DNA of 45,335 nucleotides from Octopus sinensis. Its lineage: Eukaryota. The notes below the pieces were generated by a model. It worked only from the letters and a program-made list of their open reading frames with translations. It searched no databases and had not been told where the DNA came from. Numbering within the stretch: position 1 is the stretch's first letter; every line of letters starts with the position of its first letter. Below are positions 36,571 to 45,335 of this stretch, piece after piece. The DNA lies in NCBI RefSeq assembly GCF_006345805.1, contig NW_021834847.1:1-45335 (forward strand). Direction: 5' to 3'. Position numbers and translations under genes: made by a program.

Positions 36571-36927
36571 CCGGTGAGTTGCGAGAATCGTTGACGTGGC
36601 GGACAAAATGCTTGGCGGAGTTTCGTCCGAATTTATATTCTGAATTCAAACTGCACCGAGGTCGGATTTGCCTTTCAAAGTTTCGATGTTGTTAAAATAC
36701 GTAACATTTGAACAATGGTGTTGATTTAATTGGCTTACCGAATTCCATGAAATTTCTGTCCTTGTGCCTAAATTTGAAACAGATATCAAGATCTGTATTA
36801 TGGTGGTACACTGGAAGAATTCTTACCACGCCGGATAAAGACCTTTCGTTTCTCTTTTAAACTTCACCGGGATCGACTTTGCCCTTCATTCTTTAAGGGT
36901 GGCTAAAATAAGTACTAGTTAAATACT
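36571..36927 (+). mobile_element. Two family A SINEs (36571-36782; degenerate 36800-36927)
   Basis: GAGAATCGTTGAC..TCTGAATTCAAA..GAGGTCGGATTTGCCTTTCA..CTTGTGCCTAAATTTGAAAC; second copy has ATCGACTTTGCCCTTCATT. Confidence 0.7.
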
Positions 36928-37326
36928 GCCCACCAGGGGCTACAAAGAGAGGGGACAATCAAGGACAGTTAAACAGATTAAGTTGAATATATCGACCTCA
37001 GTGTGTAACTGGTACTTATTCAATCGACCCCGAAAGGATGAAAGCAAAGTCGACGTCGGCGGAATTTGAAATCAGAGTATATCGGCAGGCGAAATACCTA
37101 TTTCTTTACTACCCACAAGGGGCTAAACACAGAGAGGACAAACAAGGACAGACACACGGATTAAGTCGATTATATCGACTCCAGTGTGTAACTGGTACTC
37201 ATGTAATCGACCCCGAAAGGATGAAAGGCAAAGTCGACCTCGGCGGAATTTGATCTCAGAACGTAGCGTCAGACGAAATGCCGCTAAGCATTTCGCCCGA
37301 CGTGCTAATCTTTCTGCCTGCTCGCG
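36928..37326 (-). mobile_element. Dimeric family A SINE
   Basis: Same two-unit structure and junction (plus strand GAAATACC|TATTTCTTTACTACCC at 37098/37099) as 32811-33226. Confidence 0.9.
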
Positions 37327-37751
37327 GCTGGTTCATCTTGGGCACTTGACAGTGTCTGTTTATAAATAATAGCTTCGTGTTAGTGTTACGTTTGAGTAAT
37401 TTGACAGAAGAGTTGTTATTAAAATTCTGACTGCCCACAAAAGAATATCAACAAAAAGATATACATGAAACGATTGCGGAAAATTTTGAGCTTTAAGCAT
37501 AACATCACTTTTCATTCTTGTGTTGCAGAAATCCAACAGAATACCAAATATTATTTCAATAATTACATCTGTATTGAGTGCATATTACATCTGTATTACA
37601 TCTATAGTTGCGTGTAAATTATTGCGCGAAATACTTAAGCAAACAATAAAAGTCATTATTCCACGTTAAAAAATATTTGTAAATGAATATCAGTATGTTT
37701 ATTCTTGCAGGATCGATTATAAAAAAATCGAGAAAGTTTCGATCTTTTGTG

Positions 37752-37787
37752 ATTTCATCAGTGGATTAATTCATCCACTGATGAAAT
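37752..37787. repeat. Perfect 15-bp inverted repeat, 6-nt loop
   Basis: ATTTCATCAGTGGAT-taattc-ATCCACTGATGAAAT. Confidence 0.9.
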
Positions 37788-38348
37788 TGTTCCGTAATCG
37801 TTTCGTAATTGCTGAAGGAATAATGGTACGAGAAATATCAAAATATAAAACACAACCACTACTTGCGATTGAGAATTGAACTTGCTTCCTAGAAGGCCGC
37901 AGTTAAACCACAATGAAGCCAATTCTTTATAAGACTTCGAGTTTGAAACAAAAGCGTTTTAGAACAATAAGGAATACAATATGTTGATGGTTTAAATTCT
38001 GAAGCATCGCAAACATGAAAGATTTCAAAAATGCAAATAAGCGCTCTTCCAACACTTTCTTTGTGTTTTGATGATGTTTGAAAAAAGATTAACAATTAAG
38101 ACTTAATTACTATTTATGTTTTTCGTAATTAATAAAAAAAAATGAATTTGTTGGTGGTGGTGGGGAAATATTTAAAATAAATGAACATATATCCCAGATT
38201 TATGAACTTCTCGATATAATCAATCAGGCGTGTCATCGTGCCTATGACTAGATTTAAACGTATGTCATTATCACAACCACTCAGGTATATATATATATAT
38301 ATAATATATACACACGTATATATATATATATGTGTGTGTGTGTATGTT

Positions 38349-38389
<41 letters not shown>

Positions 38390-38489
38390 GTATATATATA
38401 GATTTATTTTCACATCCATATATTAATATATGGATGAATATATACACATATATTTATATATATGTATATATATGCGATTATATACATAG

Positions 38490-38531
<42 letters not shown>

Positions 38532-38620
38532 ACATGTATGTAGTTATAAATACACACACATGCATATATATGCATAAACATACTGATGCGTACACGCATA
38601 CACTACTCAATTATACACCG

Positions 38621-38651
<31 letters not shown>

Positions 38652-39031
38652 TATAAGAAATTCTGTGTCTAATACACACACACACATACATACGTACACA
38701 TACGTGCATACACATTCATATATATATATAAATATGTAATATATACACATATACACAAACATACAAACAGCTTCCTTTTACTAATTATTCTAAGGCAGCA
38801 GCAGCAACGGCAGCAGTAACTTCCGACGTACATGAGTCACTAATTATGGTTAACAACGAGAGATTAGTGATCCACGTTGCTCTTCTCTCTTTCTTACAAA
38901 CTAACCGACCCGACATTTCACAGGTGGATAGTAATTAATTTGCCAATCACAGACTCCCTTTTGTTATCTTTCACCCTTAATCTATTTGCAATTTATGCAT
39001 AACGATGTAACGAGACAAATAATAATTAACA

Positions 39032-39046
39032 TTATTATTATTATTA

Positions 39047-39106
<60 letters not shown>

Positions 39107-39732
39107 ATTATCATTATTATTAACTTTACTCATGTCATCAAAAGTCAATGTAATTTTTCTTCGTATTATTATCATTTTTATTCTTCTTTTTCTATTCCTA
39201 CTTCTTCATTTTCTTATTATTTTGATTATCATCATTATTATTATTATTGTTATTATTATTATTACTACTACTACTACTAATACTAATACTACTATCATTA
39301 TTAATATTATTATTATTATTATTACTACTACTACTATTATTATTAATATGATTATTATTACTACTACTACTATTATTATTAATATTATTAATATTATTAT
39401 TACTACTACTACTACTATTATTAATATTATTAGTATTATTACTACTATTATTATTATTATCATCACTACTACTACTACTATTATTATTACTATTATTATT
39501 ATCACTACTACTACTACTACTACTACTACTATTATTATTATTATTATTATTAGTAGTAGTAGTAGTAGTTGTATTACGACCGCTATTGTATATTAGTAGT
39601 AGTAGTAGTAATATAGTAATTATTATTGCTTGTTATTCTTCATTGTTGCTCATATTGTTACTGTTATTATCGATACAGCAATCATTGTTATTGCTGCTGC
39701 TGTTGTTGTTGTTGTTGTTGTTGTTGTTATTG
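39032..39732. repeat. (TTA)/(CTA)/(GTA)/(GTT) trinucleotide mosaic
   Basis: Visible runs. Confidence 0.9.
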
Positions 39733-40127
39733 ATAACTTTTGTATTCGTTTATTAACTTTATAATTACTTCTGCTATTTTAGACTGAGTAGCTCTCATGA
39801 ATACTAATGCCTGTTGATTTTTATGTACAACATCATTTCTATAGAAACATGAAAGACAAACCCGTAAAGGAAATACACACGTCTACGCACATAGAGGAAA
39901 AACGATACGCGCACTCAAACAGAAGCGCAAATAGACACATACATACGCTGTAATAATGGCGACAACAAGAGATACGACAACGGAATCTTTCAAAAACAAA
40001 CGATGTGACGGAAGTTCCATCGTGTTTAACTTATAACTTCCATCATAGGACTCGTGACACAGTGAAAGTCTTTTCAGGTAGCGTTGTAGCGTTTATAAAC
40101 TTTTCATCTGTGTCTCGTTGATGCAAA

Positions 40128-40264
40128 CATCATCGTCGTTGTCGTCAGTGTAATTATCGCTTTCGTCATCATCGTCGTGGTCATCGTGGTCGTAGTCGTT
40201 GTCGTCGTCTTCATAATCTTTCATATCTCATCGCCGTCATCGTCTTCATCGACATTGTTATTAC

Positions 40265-40298
<34 letters not shown>

Positions 40299-40331
40299 GT
40301 TATTATTACTATACATTTTCTTCTTCTTCTT

Positions 40332-40430
<99 letters not shown>

Positions 40431-40758
40431 GTATTACGATCGTTATTGTATTACAGTCGTCGCCATTCTCCTCCTCCTTCTCATCATCATCATCTTTTCT
40501 TCATCACCAGAGATTGTTCATCGTCAACATTGTGCTTGTAGCTTCGATATCGTTAACATAGATACCATCATCATACCTACCAAGATTATTATCATCAACA
40601 TCATCGTCATCATCATCAGCAGCAGTACTATCATCATCATCATCATCAACATCGTCAGTAGCAGCAGCAGCAACACCACCACCACCACCACCAACCACCA
40701 CCACCACCATCATCACATCAGCACAGCAGCATCACACAACCATCATCATCATCCTCAT
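40128..40758. repeat. (GTC)/(TTA)/(TTC)/(CAT)/(CAC) trinucleotide mosaic
   Basis: Visible runs; source of the 230-aa ORF at 40177-40869. Confidence 0.9.
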
Positions 40759-40986
40759 GATATTCTAGGTCCCAGGTGCCAAATCTTAGTCTTCTTTTCA
40801 CCCAGGTCGGCAACTCTGTCAAGGAGACGAACTGCGGAAAAGATGTGCCTCACAAATCGAACCTACTAACACTCACTGTCCAGATATAGTTGCAAGTTGC
40901 GTAGAAACTAAAAGCGTGCTCGCGCTTTACAAACCGCAGTATACCTAATCCAACAAACTGACCGCTCCACCATTGGAACGCGTCCA

Positions 40987-41700
40987 ATAATGATAATAAT
41001 CCTTTCTACTACAGACACCAGGCCAGAAATTCTGGGGGAAGGGACTAGTCGACAATATCAACCCCAGTACTTGACTGGTACTTAATTTATCGACCTTGAA
41101 AGGAGAAAAGGCAAAGTCGACCTCGGTGGAATTTCAACTCAGAACGTAGAGTTGAACGAAATGCTGTTGAGCATTTTGCCCGAAGTGCTAACGATACGGC
41201 CAGCTCTCCGTCTTAATAATAATTATAAGAATAAAAAAAAAACAATAATCGCTTCTACTGAAGGCACAAGGCCTGATATTTTGGGAGAGGGGACTAGACG
41301 ATTACATCGACCCCCAGTGTTTCACTGGTACTTCTTTCGACTCCGAAAGAATGGTTCACTGGTACTTATATCGACTTCGAAAGATTGGAAGGCAAAGTCG
41401 ACTTAGGCAGAATTTGAACTTAGAATGTAAGGGCAGATGAAAAACCGTAAGCATTTTGTCTGGCTTGCTAACGATCCTGCCGCCATTATAATAATGCTGT
41501 AAAAATTTGCAACAGCGGCAGCCATTTTGGAGGAGGGGACAAATCGATTACATTGGCTCCAGTGTTTCACTAGTACTTAATTTATCGACCCTGAAAGGAT
41601 GAGACGCAAATTCAACCTTGGCGGAATTTGAACTTATAATTTATTAACGGACGAAAGGCAGCTATGCATTTCGTCCTAACGATTCTGCCAACTCGCCGCT
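40987..41700 (-). mobile_element. Three head-to-tail family A SINEs (~40987-41213, 41247-41485, 41500-41700)
   Basis: Each has CCCCAGT..CTGGTACTT..TCGACC..GAAAGG..GGAATTT.AACT..GCTAACGAT; spacers are TAA-rich. Confidence 0.85.
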
Positions 41701-41714
41701 TCAGCTGCCATTTT

Positions 41715-41733
41715 AATAATGATGATGATGATA

Positions 41734-41790
<57 letters not shown>

Positions 41791-41923
41791 GAAGACAAAG
41801 ACGAAGAAGGAAAAGAAGAAGGAAGAGGAGGAGGAGAAGAAGAAGAAGAAGAAGAAGAAGAAGAAGAAGAAGAAGAAGAAGAAGAAGAAGAAGAAGAAGA
41901 AGAAGAAGGATGATGATGATGAT
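41715..41923. repeat. (AAT)n/(AAG)n/(GAT)n block
   Basis: Visible runs. Confidence 0.95.
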
Positions 41924-42599
41924 CTTTAGCATCCCTCTTTTCCCCTTCCTAAGCCATGGACAAACGAACCCCCTGTCTCGATTTCGGGTGTAGTCTTGTT
42001 TTTGTTTTTGTTTTCGTTCTTCTTGCTCTGCACCGACACACAAATGCTTTAATGACCAGGAGTAAGTGAAGAAGCGGTGGTATAAATTAAGGACGAAAAG
42101 GAGGCTTTTCGTGTTTCCCTCTTTGTTATAGAGTCCGTTTCCAAGTTGATCACGTGGCTATTCGGCCCAGCAGAACACAGGAAACCTGCAAGCGAGTTAT
42201 GAGTAACTCATTACGATTGATTGATTGAACGATGCGCTGCGAATGAATGAAGGGCTTAACACAGCTTAAAGAACGCTGTGGTATTACTAACGACTGCTAC
42301 GACAATACTAGGCCCTGTCGTTGTTGTTTTTGTTGTAAGAGGTGGCCATGTTGTTGTAGTGAGGTTGTTGTGGTTGCGGCGGCGGCGGCGGCGGCGGTGG
42401 TGATTACGATGGTTTTTGTTTTTGTTGTTGTTGTTGTTTTGTTTCTTGTTGTTGTAGTTGTTTTAATCGGTAAACGGGCAGCTTGCGCCGTAGTCCGATA
42501 ATTTGGCTCTCAGTGATGTTTACGTTGCGTAGAAATTGTCTTGGTGAGAGATAGCGGCGGAAGGAACGGAGCGTATGAGGGCAATCGGAATTGTTGGGT

Positions 42600-42682
42600 A
42601 GAGGTAGAGTGAAAGGGGAAGAGACAGAGGAGGAAGGTGACAGTGAGGGGGAGAGAGAGAGAATGAGTGAGAGTGTGTGTGC

Positions 42683-42724
<42 letters not shown>

Positions 42725-43200
42725 AGATAAAGAGAAAGATAAAGAGATACAGATATGCAAAATAAACGCGAAAAATGATGAGAGGAAGTGACACAATGCA
42801 GAAAAACAGGGGGTTAGGAAAAGGAGAGGGAGAGTGGAGGGGAGAGGGTGAGAAGGAGAAAAGAGAGGAGATGGAGGGAAAGAGGAGAGAGAAGAAAAGG
42901 GGAGAGAGAGGGAAAGAGGAGAGAGAGGAAAAGGGGAGAGAGAGGGAAAGAGGAGAGAGAGGGTGATAAGTGAGAGGTGGAGAGAGAAACTTAAAGAGAG
43001 ATAACGACAGTGAGAAGTTAAGGCAGAGATGATGTGAGGAAGAGAGGGACAGGAAAGGATGCAGGTAGAAATATAGAAAGGAAGATAGGCGGACACAAGG
43101 GGAGGTAATGAGAGAGCGAGAGAGTAAAAGAGAGGGAGAGGGTGATGTATGGAGATATATAGATAGCAGAATAGAGAGATGCAAAGGGTTGGAGGATTAA
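42600..43200 (+). repeat. Purine-rich (GA) low-complexity tract
   Basis: Strong G/A strand bias; source of the S/L/P-rich minus-strand ORFs. Confidence 0.85.
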
Positions 43201-43292
43201 TCAAGGATTCGAGTAGGAAGGATGTGGGTTCGGATTAAAGAAAATATAAAGCGAAAACGTAAGCAACTGGGAGAAACCAGTTAAGAGAAACT

Positions 43293-43330
<38 letters not shown>

Positions 43331-43577
43331 CAAGCACTTATGTGATCATGCGTCTGCGTAAGTGTGGGTGTATAAACATAAGAGTGTATAAATATATACC
43401 TAGGTATATATATATATATATTATATATATATATATATAATATACGTATGTATGCTTGTATGCATGTGTGCATGTACGCACTCTTGTATATACATATATA
43501 TATATATTATTATTACATATGTACAGACTCACAGACACATATGTATCTATAGATAAATATAGTGTGTGTAGGAAATG

Positions 43578-43609
<32 letters not shown>

Positions 43610-44403
43610 ATTTCATGTATAAAAAATTGTATATAAATATGTAAATCGACACACATTCGCGATTTTATATTATATATATATATATATACATACATACATA
43701 CATACACACATACATACATACATACATAATACATACATACATACATACATACATACATACCACACATACATACATACATACATACATTTGTATATAAGTA
43801 AGTAAATAGATAGACAAACAAGTAATTAATGACTGAAAAAAGTGAAAGAAAACAGAACTTGAGAGAGAGCGAGAGAGAGAGAGAGTGAGATGTGGAGGAA
43901 AGAAAACGGAACGATAAAAATGAAATACAGATAGAGAAATGTTTGGATTTATAAGTTTTAGGCTAAGATAGATAGAAATTCCCAACGGAAAAGAAACTTG
44001 CATTGTTAAAGCACAATAGGCATTGATTTGTCAAAACTGTAGCGTAAATGATCGATGCCCAGGAACTGTAAAAATCTACGGCGAACGACAGTTTTCAGAC
44101 CATCTCTTTTCACAGTTTATCTGCCAAGATCATATGGACTTATTGGAAAGCATCGCTAGACGAAGAGAAAGTGAAAGTTGAATTACGACTTGGTTCACTG
44201 GAAGGTCGAACCAGTTTAAAAATGACATCACTATTTCTGACATATTTACAAATGACAACGGATTGCAAAGTTATTTGTAGATTTTTAAAAAAATCTTCTG
44301 TATATATATATTTATATGAGTATTTCTATTTGTGTATGAGTATGCGAGTATAAACACACACATAAACACATATACACATATGTATATATATACAGAGAGA
44401 GAG

Positions 44404-44609
44404 AGACTTTTTCTTTTCCTGAGCGTTATACTAATCGCCATGATAGATCGTTAGCCACTACACACATTTTTCTCTCTTTGCTTTTTCTGTGTCCCTTTCT
44501 GTAGAAGAGCGTAGGCTCGAAACGTAAAAGACTTTTTCTATTTCTGACCGTTATACTAATACATCTGTTTGTTTTGTACACCACCTGTCTTCGTCTTTTG
44601 TTTTTTTTC

Positions 44610-44611
<2 letters not shown>
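44404..44611 (+). mobile_element. Penelope-like pseudo-LTR with hammerhead-like motif (44495-44530) and partial tandem repeat
   Basis: cttt-CTGTAGA-AGAGC-GTAG-GCTC-GAAACGTA-aaag. AGACTTTTTCT..CTGA.CGTTATACTAAT is repeated at 44404-44435 and 44529-44560. Confidence 0.65.
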
Positions 44612-44654
<43 letters not shown>

Positions 44655-44754
44655 GATATATACATATACATATGTTTGTTTTTATGTCCAGTTACAATAA
44701 AAATGATTTTACATTAATCGGAAAGATTCCACCGTACCTTTGTAAAGTCTACTC

Positions 44755-44905
44755 GGTCTTTTCAAGCTTAGCGAGGCTCATGGGCCCGGTTTCCCGGTTT
44801 CTATGGCTTATGTGTTCCCCCCAGCTGGACGGGACACCAGTCCATCGCAACGTTATTCAAGAAACAGGAAGAAATAGTGAGAGAAAGTTGGGGCGAAAGA
44901 GTACT
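44755..44905 (-). mobile_element. SINE family B 3' part (GATGGACTGG tail)
   Basis: Colinear with 10843-10988. Confidence 0.8.
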
Positions 44906-44908
44906 TAG

Positions 44909-45195
44909 GATCCCGAAAGGATGAACGGCAAAGTTGACCTCGGCGGAATTTGAACTCAAAACGTAGCGGCAGATGAAATACCTATTTCTTTACTACCCAA
45001 AAGGGGGACAAACAAGGACAGACAAACAGATTAAGTCGGATACATTGACCCCAGTGCGTAACTGGTGCTTAATTTATCGACTCCGAAAGGATGAAAGGCA
45101 AAATCGACCTCGGAGGAATTTGAACTCTGAACGTAGACGAAATAACGCTAAGCATTTGACCCGGCGTGCTAACGTTTCTGCAAGCTAGCCGCCTT
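44909..45195 (-). mobile_element. Dimeric family A SINE, second unit truncated
   Basis: Head AAGGCGGCTAGCTTGCAGAAACGTTAG; same dimer junction at 44982/44983. Confidence 0.85.
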
Positions 45196-45335
45196 ATTAC
45201 AAAATTTATACCATCTTCAAGGCAAGTATATTGTCTAAAATATAATTTTGTGCCAAGGTGTTCGCAAACGAAAGGGATATTTGATTTATTTTGCATATAA
45301 ATATGCTTTTAAAAATATATAATTTTCAGTTCCAG

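Noticed and set aside
38245-38268. TGACTAGAT miR-279-like seed
   Set aside because: No complementary upstream arm to form a pre-miRNA hairpin.

Overview
AT-rich, microsatellite-saturated animal genomic DNA, most likely intronic or intergenic. The tRNA-SINE repertoire and the (TA)n/(TACA)n/(GATA)n/(AAT)n/(CAT)n load resemble Octopus (coleoid cephalopod); this assignment is an inference from repeat style. No intact protein-coding gene is recognisable. The ORF track is almost entirely simple-repeat or SINE artefact; the only protein-like signals are two decayed LINE fragments (R4/Dong-like RLE at 1.1-1.9 kb, RTE at 19.5-20.4 kb). The window holds about 25 tRNA-derived SINE copies in several head/tail combinations (labelled families A-D here for convenience, not official names). 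It also holds Tc1/mariner-pogo MITEs with TA TSDs, one complete non-autonomous Helitron and several Penelope-like pseudo-LTR remnants with hammerhead ribozyme motifs. The most notable observations are: (i) a full-length SINE flanked by a ~323-bp direct duplication, plus a second long duplication at an RTE, suggesting retrotransposition that makes very long TSDs; (ii) a hammerhead with an intact catalytic core and palindromic helix III (8286-8364, minus), plus core-variant relatives; (iii) a dimeric SINE with the same junction in three copies; (iv) an RLE LINE remnant with scrambled domain order. A few weak splice-signal-bounded exon candidates and unique CpG-rich islands are flagged at low confidence. 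I found no convincing novel multi-gene system. All coordinates and mismatch counts were read by eye.
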